Positions 25,577 to 37,610 of a stretch of 64,000 nucleotides of DNA are shown one piece after another. The DNA comes from Octopus vulgaris (lineage: Eukaryota). The notes under the pieces are model-generated. The model was given only the letters and a program-made list of their open reading frames with translations, was not told where the DNA came from and ran no database searches. A program made the translations under genes and the position numbers. Each line of letters begins with the position of its first letter. The stretch's first letter is position 1. The DNA is taken from positions 46,562,001 to 46,626,000 of the forward strand of contig OX597827.1 of the NCBI GenBank assembly GCA_951406725.2. The letters are read 5' to 3'.

Positions 25577-26409
25577 GGCGGCGAGCTGGCAGAAACGTTA
25601 GCACGCCGGGCGAAATTCTTAGTGGTATTTCGTCTGCCTTTACGTTCTGAGTTCAAATTCCGCCGAGGTTAACTTTGCCTTTCATCCTTTCGGGGTCGAT
25701 GTAATCGACTTAACCCCTTTGTTTGTCCTTGCTTGTAACCTCTATGTTTAGCCCCTTGTGGGCAATAAAGAATTAAGAAACGTTAGCACACCAGGGGAAA
25801 TGCTTAGCGGTATTTCGTCGGTCTTTACGTTCTGAGGTTGACTTTGCCTTTCATCCTTTCAGGGTTGATAAATTAAGTATCAGTTACGCACTGGGGTCGA
25901 TGTAATCGACTTAACCCCTTTGTTTGTCCTTGCTTGTAACCTCTATGTTTAGCCCCTTGTGGGCAATAAAGAAATAAGAAACGTTAGCATGCCCGGCGAA
26001 ATGCTTAGGGTTATTTCGTCTGTCTTTACGTTCTGAGTTCAAATTCCGCCGAGGTTAACTTTACCTTTCAACCTTTCGAGGTCGATTAAATAAGTACCAG
26101 TTACGCACTGGGGTTGATATAATCGACTTAATCTGTTTGTCTATCCTTGTTTGTCCTCTCTGTGTTTAGCCCCTTGTGGGCAATAAACAAATAAACGTTA
26201 GTACACCGGACGAAATGCTTAGTGGTATTTTGTCTGCCATTACGTTCTGAGTTCAAATTCCGTCGAGGTTGACTTTGCCTCTCATCCTTTCAGGGTCGAT
26301 AAATTAAGTACCAGTTACACACTGAGGTCGATCTAATCGACTTAATCCCTTTGTCTATCCTTGTTTGTCACCTCTATGTTTAGCCTCTTGTGGGCAATAA
26401 AGAAATAAG
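25577..26409 (+). mobile_element. Head-to-tail tetramer of the Meta-like SINE
   Basis: Four units of about 200 bp; flanking 12-bp direct repeat tacttgcaaact (25562-25573, 26414-26425). Confidence 0.85.
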
Positions 26410-27810
26410 ATGGTACTTGCAAACTATTTGGTTAACCTGGAACCATAGTGTTGTTGCCAAGCAACGCTCTTAACCATCCATGTAATTTTTGGGTTGACCA
26501 ATACCTCTTGAGTTGAATTAGATTGGGGTGGGTGGGGGTCCAGAATCCAGTTGTGCATGTACATTTGTCTTGCTTTTGTGTTTGCACCACTATAAAATGC
26601 AGTGTAGCTGTTCATGCTGAAGGTGGTGCTCCAGCATGGCTGCAGTCTATTGACTGATGCAAAAATGTTGAAAGAGTAGTCTGAAGTGGGAGAGTAATTC
26701 CTGCGACTTATGCAAGACCTACAAGACTTATTGGAAAAATGAAGATATCTTTGGATTTGGAATGCTTGCAGGAGAGTGCACTGTGCTAAAAGCCATTCTA
26801 CAATGTAATGGTGGCAGTGGTGGTAGTAAACTGTGCATTAGTTTAAGTCTTACACCCAAGAAACTTGGCCTCAATGTTTGCAATAGATTGTATGGTGCTA
26901 AAGGTACCCAATGACCTGGTGGTGGTGGTGGTGTTGAGCTGGGTATTGGATTAGGTCTTACACTGCAGAACAAACACAATCTATTCGAACAGGTTCCCAT
27001 AACATTTCTGTTTCCTGTTTCTTTGGTAAGGCTTGGGGTGGTACAAGACTATGGTAAAAGACACAGAAGGTACTACAGAATAGGACTGAACTGAGAACCA
27101 CTACATTGCAAAACAAATTTTGTCAGTACTTAGTCACTTCTAACCATAATGGAATAGATATGGATGTGGAGTTGTTAAGCATAGGAGTGGCTGTGTGGTA
27201 AGTAGCTTTCTTACCAACCACATGGTTTTGGGTTCAGTCCCACTGCATGGCACCTTGGGCAAGTGTCTTCTACTATATCCTCGGGCTGACTAAAGCCTTG
27301 TGAGTGGATTTGTAGAGGGAAACTGAAAGAAGCCCATCGTATATATGTATATGTATCTATGCGTTTGTCCCCCCACCAACATCACTTGACAACTGATGCT
27401 GGTGTGTTTATATACCCGTAACTTAGTGGTTCGGCAAAAGAGACCGATAGAATAAGTACTAGGCTTACAAAGAATAAGTCCGGGGGTCGATTTGCTTGAC
27501 TATAAAGGCGATGCTCCAGCATGGCCACAGTCAAATGACTAACACGTAAAAGAGTAAAGAGTAAAGTAAGCAGCAACTGAGGGAATCATTTGAGATAGCT
27601 GTAGGCTTTGGTCTATGGGATGTGAGGACCCGCCTTGGTTTTACTCTGTTCCTACTCCTGTCTGTTTTACTTTCGTCAGTCAAGCAGATTTATGTTACAT
27701 GCCTGTCTGAAGAGCAGGTGGTACAGCAGATTGGTTATGAGTCTTTCTAAATTTCAGCTATTTTAAGTCTTGGAATTTTTATTTATTTATTTAATCGTTT
27801 TTCATTTCAG

Positions 27811-27978
27811 AAATCTGAATTTGAGCAATTCATGCAGCAGCTGTCTAAAGGATTAACAGCACAACTGTCTTCACTCTCAGCACTTGTCACTGACCATGTT
27901 AACTGGCAGCAGGACCAGACTCAACAGATGCAACAGAATATCGAAGAATCCAATTCCTGTAATTCGAATCTTGAAAAA
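27811..27978 (+). CDS. KIF11: KIF11 exon 17 (stalk)
   Basis: tttcag|AAA...AAA|gtaagt; KSEFEQFMQQLSKGLTAQLSSLSALVTDHVNWQQDQTQQMQQNIEESNSCNSNLEK. Confidence 0.88.
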
Positions 27979-28340
27979 GTAAGTGATACCATGTTAGTTT
28001 ATACATTATTCTCAGTCTTGGATATTATTTTCCAATAGGTGACATTTGTTTCAATTAATTTTTTAAATAACGAAGAATTTAGTGAAATAGATTTGTCTTT
28101 ATTATTCGAATGTTTGGAATTTAAATCAACACATTTCCACGGTAAGCACAGGGCCTGAAATTTTGTGGGAGGTGTTAGTTGATTTGCATTGACTCCAGTA
28201 TGCTACTGGTACTTATTTCATTGACCCTGAAAGGAGGAAAGGCAATGTTGACCTTGGTGGAATTTGAACTTAGAATATAGATGGATGAAATGCCACAAAC
28301 ATTTTCTTTGACATGGTAATGGTTCTACCAAGCTGTTGTC

Positions 28341-28840
28341 TTAACCCTTTCATTACCAACTCAGCTGAAACCACCTCTGGCTCTTTTTAGTACAAATGTC
28401 TTGTATTTGTAAGTTTTGAATTATAATCGTCCATCAAACCTCAGTCACAATTTATGTTCCTAACACCAGCTTAATGATAACTAAGTTATTTTACTAAATT
28501 CTTTGTTGTATCTCTCTATATATAAACGGCAGTTTGTCTGTGTGTGTTTCTGTGTGTCTGTTAGGTTGTACCATCACCCTGACCACGGCTTTCAACCAAT
28601 TCTGATGAAACTTGACACACACATAGCCCAATGTCATAATTCAAAACTAACGCAGCGAAAATTTTGAAAAGTTCCCCCAGTTCTGAAAAAAATCGATAAA
28701 TTCGACATGGGGTCGACTCTCTAAATGCTTTATAGTTATTTCTCTTAAAAACCCGAGCAACGCCAGGCGATACTGCTAGTTTAAAATAATTGAAAGAAAC
28801 ACAGAGCATCCCGAAATAAATATGGTACCAAAAGTGTTAA
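28341..28840. mobile_element. piggyBac MITE interrupted by a Helitron
   Basis: TTAA ends; body matches the 42961-43188 family once 28511-28779 is removed. Confidence 0.85.
28511..28779 (+). mobile_element. Non-autonomous Helitron
   Basis: 5' TC, 3' CTAG, subterminal GC hairpin cccgagcaacgccaggc, inserted between host A and T with no TSD. Confidence 0.85.
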
Positions 28841-29030
28841 TAATGGTAATAATAACTTTTTTTAAATTGTAGCTGTTATAGATGATATTTGTAAGAGGAG
28901 GCAGTTGAGGTAGCCAAGATAATAGTGCCCCAGATATTTAGTTGGGTGTATACTCTTCCACTGAGATACTGTTGTTTTAAAATACTTGATTATGCCTTGA
29001 CTTAAAATTTCCATTATCTTTTATTCCTAG

Positions 29031-29105
29031 TACTTAACTCAGGCAATGGATTGTATCAAGTTGGCACAGAAAGAACGAGAGAATTCTTCAGGTGTGAATG
29101 AAAGA
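29031..29105 (+). CDS. KIF11: KIF11 exon 18 (stalk)
   Basis: tcctag|TAC...AGA|gtaagt; YLTQAMDCIKLAQKERENSSGVNER. Confidence 0.83.
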
Positions 29106-29268
29106 GTAAGTATTGATATTTTCTTAGCATATTTTACTTCTTTCGGAATTAAAAAAAAAAATTTTGTATTTTCATTTGTACATGCATCCTACATGTGTGT
29201 TTGTCTGTGTCTCTCATTTTAATAAATAATCCTCGAATGATAAACGTATTTTGTATTTCTTATTACAG

Positions 29269-29324
29269 ATTGGCAAGCTAGTCACTGCTCAGAAGGAGAA
29301 CAAGAAGTTCGAGAATCTACAAAG
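29269..29324 (+). CDS. KIF11: KIF11 exon 19 (stalk)
   Basis: ttacag|ATT...CAA AG|gtaagg; IGKLVTAQKENKKFENLQ; needed for the phase of the next exon. Confidence 0.85.
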
Positions 29325-30990
29325 GTAAGGATCAAAGGTTTTTTTGATTATTTCTAAAATAAATGGTTGACTACCTGAAATTGGGCTCTGTGCCTTGATG
29401 ATAGAAATATTTGCCAAACCAGATTAGTTCCTTGTCTATGTCATATTTTTGTTAAACTAGGTCAGGTTTTTGTTAGAATTTAACATTTATTTCACTTAGG
29501 CAGCATGCTATCAGAATTGTTAGCATGTCGGGCAAAATGCTTCTTAGCATTTTGTCCATCTTTATGTTCTAAGTTCAAATTTCACTGAGGTCAACTTTGC
29601 CTTTCATCTTTTCAAAGTCGACAAAATATGTACCACTTAAGCAATAGGGTCAATGTTACCGCCCCCAGAATTCCTGGCCTTGTGGCAAAATTTGAAACCA
29701 ATATTTATTTCACTTATTTGCCATTACGTAGTTGACTTTTGATCCTTCTGGACTATATTACTAATGAATACACTTGTTGTCAACTTTTCCATGCTTGTCT
29801 GCATGCACACACACACACACACACACGACTGGCTTCTTCCAGTTTTTGTCTGTCAAATCCACTCACGAGGTTTTGATTGGCTTGTGAGTATAATACAGCA
29901 CACTTGCCTAAGGTGCTGCACTGTGAGATGGAGCCTGAAATGAAATGGTTTGGAAGTCAGCCTTTTAACCATAGAAACATGTCAATACCTGTTTCTGTGT
30001 GTTTAAATTTGACATAATTATGTATTTGGGGAAAATTTGTAAAAAGGTAATTAAAATAATTAGTTCTATTTCATCAGTCTAATTATGGGACATAATTTGA
30101 TAAGGTTCTTAAAATATAACGGAAAGCTTTTAATTTAAATATTGCACTGTTAAAATCAGTTTTTGTATCCTAGAGCTAAATGCATTTGCAGCAAGATTGG
30201 TATTAAAAGTCTTACACTCATCCTGTAAATAGTTTTATCATTATCGTCAATGTATTGAGTGATATAAGATGGCAATCTGCCAAAATAGGTAAAGTGTTGA
30301 AAAATTCCTGTGGAATTTGCCCCAGCTTGTTATGTCCTGAGTTCAAACCTTGCTGAGGTCAGTATTGCCGTTCATCAATCCGGAATCAGTGAAATAAAGT
30401 ACCTGTCAAATATAAGTGTGTCTAACTAAATGACTAATTGTATCCCTGCAAACTTGCTGCATTTATGTCTAAATTAGAAACCACTGTGTTGGAGAAATGC
30501 CATGGCCTTGTAAGGTACAATCAGTTAATGGTAGACTGTTATATAATAAAAGCCTATTTTTGAAGTCTGCGTTGTGTTGACAAACTTGCACTTGAAATAC
30601 CCACATTTTTAATCACCATAGTTACTATGGTGGCAACACTACTTATCTGTCATACACACATTATCTCTCTCACTAATAACTTTTCTCTTTTCCTTCTTCC
30701 CTCCTATATATGTTATGATGGACAGACAGATGGAGACCAGCTTGACTTTTAAACTGTAAGATCATCATCAATGATCAGCTGTTTTGATTTATTATTAGGT
30801 ATTTCACTTGTGAAGCCCCAGCACTCACCAGGTCTTCTGGAATCTTTCTCTGTCACTGTTCAGTTATCTTCTATTGCATGCACTCATTTTCTTAGAAATA
30901 ATTAAATAAATTAAAACTTTCAGAGAATGTTAATTTGAAATTCTATGCCAATGGCACAGTAATTATTTTTATTTATTATTTCTTTTATAG

Positions 30991-31090
30991 TGAAATAAAA
31001 ACAAGCCAGGAATATATTGGCCAACAATCAGATGAGGTTTTGGAACATGCCAAACTTGGAATTGATTCCTGTATTGAAACTGTGCAAAAG
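30991..31090 (+). CDS. KIF11: KIF11 exon 20 (stalk)
   Basis: ttatag|T GAA...AAG|gtactt; SEIKTSQEYIGQQSDEVLEHAKLGIDSCIETVQK. Confidence 0.85.
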
Positions 31091-31643
31091 GTACTTTCTG
31101 ACTTTGTTTTTGTAATAATATAGCTCTAAAGATTTTTTTGTTTTCAAAGAGAGAGAGAGGGAGAGGCTATTACTTGGTTTCCTAGGGCTAAATAGCAGTA
31201 GCATTCTTCCCTTTCATGGGACTGTCACATTAAGTTGACAACATAGTACCATTAATATTATCATTACTATTATTACACTTATCATCATATAAGGGGTGTG
31301 AATAACTGATTTTCAAACCATAGCTAACCAAATGCCCTCACAGTATTCACTTGGATTGCTTTACAGTCTAAATATTGCAAATTTAAAAAAAAATTTGATA
31401 CTAGTTTAACCCTTTTCTTACCATATTTCTGTGAGGAATTTCATAAAATAAATTTTGTTGTTACTGTTTGGAACAAAATAAATATGAAATTTGATGGAAG
31501 ATTTTTTTCTCCAGATCACTGTAAATATTTGTGTCACATTACATAGGGTGTTCTCGGGTAGATTGGCAGCAAATGTACCCTGGCATGGCCATGAGGTACT
31601 GGCTAAATTTATTGATGGAATAAAAGAATTTGTTTCTTCACAG

Positions 31644-31727
31644 GTTGAAAATGAAGTTGATGATGCTCAACAGAAGTGTACCGCAACAAAAACTGCATTT
31701 AACGAGCACTTCCAGAAAGCCACACAG
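31644..31727 (+). CDS. KIF11: KIF11 exon 21 (stalk; alternative in-frame acceptor at 31515 possible)
   Basis: tcacag|GTT...CAG|gttaga; VENEVDDAQQKCTATKTAFNEHFQKATQ. Confidence 0.8.
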
Positions 31728-32094
31728 GTTAGACATCTTCTTTTTTTATTGAATTTTCCTCCCTCTTCAGTCCTGTATTCAAATGTAATTACTAAAGTTC
31801 CACCTTTGAGGTGACATGTAGTAATTGAAGTGTTTTGTATTGTTGTGAATCAGTCCTTCATTGTAGAGGAAGAGAATAGAGCATATATGTATGTGTGCTG
31901 GTATGACTATTATATTAGAATACAGTTTATATATTAAGGTAAATGACAGGTCATCTCTTTTATTTTTATTTCTTTTTTTTCAATCAATGTATATATAAGG
32001 TTACATTATTCTAATGTGTCTCTTTTTTTGGTTTTTAAAATGACACTAATTCGGGGCAAGTAAGCTCCCTTGATGCCTTCCTGTTAAGGAACGA

Positions 32095-32496
32095 GGATCT
32101 TTTCGGTTTGAACGGTAGTTTTTAACATAATTTGTAGGTAATTAAAAAATGTTAAACTTCGTATACTGGTAGAATGTGTTTATAAAACATCTTTTTCTCT
32201 TGCCTTTATTGAGAAAATTCTATAGTTTGTAAGATATTTGTCGTTTTTTTTCTGCAATTTCAACCAATCAGTGACGTCTATTGAGTTAAAAAGCATTCTG
32301 TGCCGTATGAATATGTCCCTCGTTTAAGAAACAGATTGGGTTTATTTACATTTGTGAAGAAAAAAAGATACCCTTCCCCTTAACCCTAACCCTAAAAGAG
32401 ATTGAAATGCAATAGATCGATTCTAGGGTCATAATTATGGGTGACAATTTCACATAACACTGCTAGAAAAAACTGCCGTTTAAACCAAAAAGATCC
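32095..32496. mobile_element. DNA transposon MITE with GGATC termini and 8-bp TSD
   Basis: TSD aggaacga (32087-32094, 32497-32504); TIR ggatcttttcggtttgaacggtagttttt / aaaaactgccgtttaaaccaaaaagatcc; internal CCCTAA repeats. Confidence 0.88.
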
Positions 32497-32788
32497 AGGA
32501 ACGATAGCATTTCAGTTGCTATCTCTTGTGACAAGGTGATAGGATATAGAAGGCAAAATGCACTGATGTTAAAACCTGTTTTTTTCTGCAAACTCTTTCT
32601 CCTAGAACTTCGATTTTCTATGAAACACTTCTAGTGATGTTCTTATTTTTAGATATGAATATTTTCAAATCCTATGCTTTTAAGCAAAAACCAAAACTCC
32701 TTGATACCTGTTTTGTTGCATTTATAAATTGACCTGTTCTATTCACTACTAACAATGTTTCTACTTTCATCCTCTTTTTCCTTCCTAG

Positions 32789-32884
32789 AACTGGGATAAT
32801 TGTTTGTCAATTGTTACTGAGAAACTGAATTCTTATCAAACAGACACTAATACCAGCATAAATATTTTGATAAACCAAACAGAG
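32789..32884 (+). CDS. KIF11: KIF11 exon 22 (stalk)
   Basis: tcctag|AAC...GAG|gtaagg; NWDNCLSIVTEKLNSYQTDTNTSINILINQTE. Confidence 0.84.
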
Positions 32885-34303
32885 GTAAGGTGCAATGAAT
32901 CCACTAAAAACAATGTTTTTGATAAAATTTTGAAAAAATAATCTTGATTCTGATTTCTTGAGAACATATCCTTTCATGACTATATTTCTGTTTGTGATTC
33001 AATGAATTTGAAAACTATTTGGGGGGGGATGTAGTAAAATAACTGTGTTTGGAATATAGTTCAACAGAAGATTTTTTACAGAAAATGAAATGAAAAAATT
33101 TTAATCTCTGTATGAACAAGCATTTTTTGTAAGATATAGGCAGAGGTATCCTCAGGCAGGTTGATATCAAAAGAATTAAGCCCAAACAATGATTGATTCC
33201 ATGATGGTTAAATATTCGCATAAGAGTTTTTAAATTTGGAAGATGTTGCTTGGTTAAGATAAGATTAAATCTGATCCCTTGTCAAAGGAATGATCTACAG
33301 GATGTGTGTGAAGGTTGCGTACTATAACAAGAAATTAATTTTTAAAAATTTAATTTCGAATCATAGAATATTTAAAATTGAGGAACCAAGAATTTAAAAT
33401 ATAATGAAATAAATTTGTTTGTGGATTGGTTTTTATACCCTAAATCCTTAAATCACCCAAGGAATATTCATTCACAAAATACCTTCAAGAAGTGTAAGGT
33501 GATCTGTTAGTAGTTTATTAACTCTTTCAAGTGGACAGACAATTTGAACAATATTCTTTGTGCTAAAATCAAGGTGATCAGTTTTTCCCTTTAATTTTTC
33601 AGAGCATATAAATGCAAAAATTTTGCTCTCTAATTCATTTGCTGATTTTAGTCATTGAAATGTGAGCATGTTAGTATATCACTTTTGAGACATTTTAGTC
33701 AATTATATCAACTCCAGTAATTTGACCTGCTTTGGAAGTAGAAAAATCCAAGTTGACTTGTGTGTAAACAAATTCCATGGGTATTTTTATTTCATCCTTC
33801 AACCAACCTATGGTTGGTCAGAACTCCACCGACAATCCCTTTCCACACTATACAGTCCTGCATTGCTGTGTTTAGATCTCTAATATCCAACCGAGATATA
33901 GTATCTGGAAATGTCAGTTTCCTGGAGAAAACACTTCCAGAGGGATACCATAAGAACAGGGATGAGATAACCTCTTTCTCTGCTCAGTAACAGTGGCCAG
34001 CAAATTGTAGCCATTTCTTCTTTAGTTTGGGATGCATTTTTATTTCAAACACACATCTGATAGTCATTCATTGAATTTGTCCCTTCTCAATTTTCTTCTC
34101 AAGGCTTTGTCTCATCTGAGACTTTGGTAGAAGATACTTATCCAAGTTATTGTGCTGATGGGTGAAGCTCAGAATCCTCCAGTTATAGAACAATTGGCTG
34201 GACCTATGGTCATGCAGGCCTCTACTTTATAAATTAGGTTACATGTAAATATAAGAAATATATTGAGCCTTTAATATGAATTCATTTCCTTTATACATTT
34301 TAG

Positions 34304-34523
34304 AAATTAGACTCACTAACTGTGTCTGCCATGGAGAAAGCCACTACTTTAACAGAGAGATCTAATGAGTCAACATCAACACATCTGAACAGTCTACTCG
34401 AATGTGGAAAATCTCAGTTTGATAACATGTCACAAGATGTTGAATTATTGAAAGTAAAGTTGACCTCTCAACAAAATGATGTGGATGGTTTCATCGCTGA
34501 GTTTGCTCAGGATTTACCTACAG
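34304..34523 (+). CDS. KIF11: KIF11 exon 23 (end of stalk, start of BimC box)
   Basis: ttttag|AAA...ACA G|gtatgt; KLDSLTVSAMEK...VDGFIAEFAQDLPT. Confidence 0.92.
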
Positions 34524-34643
34524 GTATGTTGAACTTATAAAAAATATCATAAATGTACATTTTCTCGTTTTTATGTTGTGTCTTGTGATCCATATAGTTT
34601 AGTTAAATAGCCATTGGCCATGAGTGCTTATGTATGATGTAGC

Positions 34644-34868
34644 TTAACCCTTTAGCATTCAAACTGGCCATATCTAGCTTAAATGGTCTACGTGTTTCAT
34701 GTTCAAACTAGCTAGATCTGGCCTCTCATACCTACCCAACAATGTCCTAAAAATAAGCAGTTGCATAATGAGAGTCTCAGAGGTGCAAGATGATGCATGA
34801 TTAATTCAAAACAATGTGAATAAATAAGCAGTACATTTGACAGAATAATCTAAATGCTAAAGGGTTAA
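34644..34868. mobile_element. piggyBac MITE, second family (CCCTTTAGCATT termini). Relatives 5701-5913, about 41420-41618, about 4675-4845
   Basis: TTAA-ccctttagcatt ... aatgctaaaggg-TTAA. Confidence 0.85.
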
Positions 34869-35063
34869 CATGGAATGGAATTTTGAGACTTGGCCATCAC
34901 ATATACACCTTTTACTCAAAACATACTCTTTGGTACAAATGTGAACAATGAATTAAAAAGCTGTTTGTTAACCAGTGACAGTTACAAAGTACTGTTGACA
35001 ACCTACATACTTCTTCGGGATTCTAAACGTTTGTGTATTTTTAAAAAATTTCTTTTCTCTCAG

Positions 35064-35218
35064 GTGAAACACCAAAACGTCGTCAGTTTAGTTATCCAAA
35101 TGATTTACCTCAAACTGAAGATCATGATGAATTAATTACACAATACAGGAAGAGCAGGAAAGATCAGTTTTTGGTAGAAAGAAACAGTGTGGAAAGCACA
35201 CCTGTAAAAGCTTCACAG
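35064..35218 (+). CDS. KIF11: KIF11 exon 24 (BimC box with Cdk1 site)
   Basis: tctcag|GT GAA...CAG|gtaggt; GETPKRRQFSYPNDLPQTEDHDELITQYRK, the TGxTPxRR BimC box. Confidence 0.95.
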
Positions 35219-35491
35219 GTAGGTGTTTTTTATTCATTTCTAATTAAATGTAATATAGGTGCAGGCATAGCGGTCTGGTTAAGAAGTTTGCTTCCCAACC
35301 ATGTGGTTCTGGGTTCATTCCCACTGCATGGTTCTTTGGGCAAGTGTTTAGTATTATATCCATGGACTGACCAAATACTTGTGAATGGATTTGGTGCATG
35401 GAAACTGTGAAGCCCATTGTGCTTGTGTGTGCTGTAAATGAGTGTCACCGTCATATAAGTGGTGTCCTTTATTTCTTGTCAAAATAAAAAC

Positions 35492-36107
35492 GGATCTTTA
35501 TCTTTTGACCTACAGACTTAAAAATTAATTTTTTGTAACTAAACACTTTCAAACTTCAGACACTGGTAGAATGTGTCATATAAAGCATATTTTACTCTTA
35601 GCATTTTTGAGAAAAACTTATATTTCCGAAGCTATTTCACCTTAAAGTTATTGTATTTTGGTAATTTCAACCAATTAATGACGTGCATTCAGCTGAATAA
35701 AATTACTGCCATTGTTTGTCAACAAGAACTTCCGGCGTTGTATTTTTCGTTTGTCACTGTTATTTATGACAGCCCTAACCTTAACCCAAAAACCTTAAAG
35801 CTAAAACCAGTACAAACGCATGAACGATGTCATAAATAACAGCGACAAACGAAAAATACACCCCCGATAGTTGTTGTTGACAAACAATGGCAGTAATTTT
35901 AGTCAGCTGAATACACGTCATTGATTGGTTGAAATTACCGAAATAGGGCTACTTTGACGTGAAATTATTTTGTAAATATAAGTTTTTCCCAAAAATGCTA
36001 AGAGTAAAACATGTTTTATATGACACATTCTACCAGTGTCCGAATTTTGAAAGTGTTTAGTTACAAAAAATCATTTTTTTAATCTGTACGTCAAAAGGTA
36101 AAGATCC
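35492..36107. mobile_element. Foldback transposon with about 280-bp inverted arms
   Basis: ggatcttta...taaagatcc; arms complementary to about 35771 / 35829; loop with ccctaaccttaaccc; 8-bp TSD with one mismatch (ataaaaac / aaaaaaac). Confidence 0.88.
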
Positions 36108-36408
36108 AAAAAAACTGTTAGGCCCAAAACTATTACCTTGCTTGGAAACAGCTGAGGGTTGGCAGCAAGAAGGCCATCCAGGTGTTGATCTGCTTCACCA
36201 AATTCCATCTGATGCATGCATGCAAGCAAGGAAAAGTGCATGTTAAAATGATAATGATGGATTACTAATCTCTTTCTGGGATTTGGTGAATAAAATTCAA
36301 AGTATCTTCTATTTAATACATTGTTAAAAAAATATTTGCAAATATATATATATATATATTATGAAATACTATGTTCTTTTCTCTTCAGTCTGAGCTTGTG
36401 TTAATGTT

Positions 36409-36446
36409 TTGCTGATAATGGTCTAATAAGACCGAAACATGTCCAG
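36409..36446 (+). ncRNA. Minimal hammerhead-like motif with core mutation
   Basis: CTGATAA (36412-36418), t, ggtct-aata-agacc, GAAA, CATG, TC; palindromic stem III ACATGT; GUC triplet. Confidence 0.55.
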
Positions 36447-37359
36447 TTTCCACTGTACTACTAAAGGTCATACCTGTTTTACAGTGCAATTTATATCTAA
36501 TTTCTAGAATTCTCCTTTGCATGACCTGATCTCATTCAGTATTTGTATACTGCTTTCAACTAAAACTCCATGCAGCAAGTGTCTCGGGGCATTTTCCCTT
36601 AGTTATTCTTAAATATCTTTCATTGTTTATCTTATTCTAAGGATTATGCAGTCCTATCAGACCTTAAAGGACCCTATACATGAATGTGGAACATATATAT
36701 TTCGTTTATGAGCCTTACAGAAATACTAATGATTCAAATCAAAAGGATGTTTTCCATAGAAATATTTAATATGAAATCTTAAGTATTTCAGCAAAACTCC
36801 AGTAAGATTAAAATTTGAGTGTGTATGCATGTTTAGTATCATTGCTCTATGTGACAAAAGAATGCCACATATACACACACATCTTTTATATTTTCATGAA
36901 TCACTTATCATCATCATCATCGTCGTTTATCGTCTGTTTTCCATGCTAGCATGGGTTTGATAGTTCGACCGGGGTCTAGGAAGCCAGGAGGCTGCACCAG
37001 GCTCCAGTCTGATCTGGGTGCTTTTCACATGCCACCGGCACAGGTGCCAAGGGAGGCTGGCAGCAGGCATGATCGGTTAGTGCTTTTTACGTGCTACCGG
37101 CAACCCATGCCAGCATGGAAAACCGACATTAAGAGATGATGATAATGATGATGATGATGATCAGGCACTGGTGCTTTTGGAGTCAATTTTAAGCCATATT
37201 TGGTCATATGGTAAAATAATAAATTCTCTCCAAGAAGTTTTTAAATTTCAGTTAGGAACTGTTATTGTAAAAATAAAAAAACATGATAGTGATGATAAAC
37301 TGTATGCTTAGCTACCTTAAGGGAACTAATTGTTAATTTAGTTGAGGATGAGAATTGGT

Positions 37360-37610
37360 ACAAATGTGATGAGAGAAAAACTTTGTAAGAGGAATGAGAC
37401 GTTGTGTTCAAGAAAGAAGACTACACTGGACATATGAACATGTGAAGTGTACAGATGGGGACAGCAGTATAAAGAATTGCTGTAAGCTTAATGTGTCTGA
37501 TACCTGTTGTAGACGTAGACCCAGGAAGACATGGGTTGAAGTGGTGAAAGCTAACCTCGGGATCTCTGGTAATATGAGGTTCTGCAAAAGACTTACCCTC
37601 CTCAGCAAAA
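37360..37610 (+). mobile_element. Decayed RTE ORF2 C-terminal fragment
   Basis: RRCVQERRLHW...RRRPRKTWVEVVKANL. Confidence 0.7.

Noticed and set aside
25577-26409. CRISPR-like or satellite array
   Set aside because: Units are whole SINE copies without unique spacers, in a eukaryotic intron.
32376-32395. Interstitial telomere
   Set aside because: Only 2-3 CCCTAA-like units, internal to a TSD-flanked transposon.
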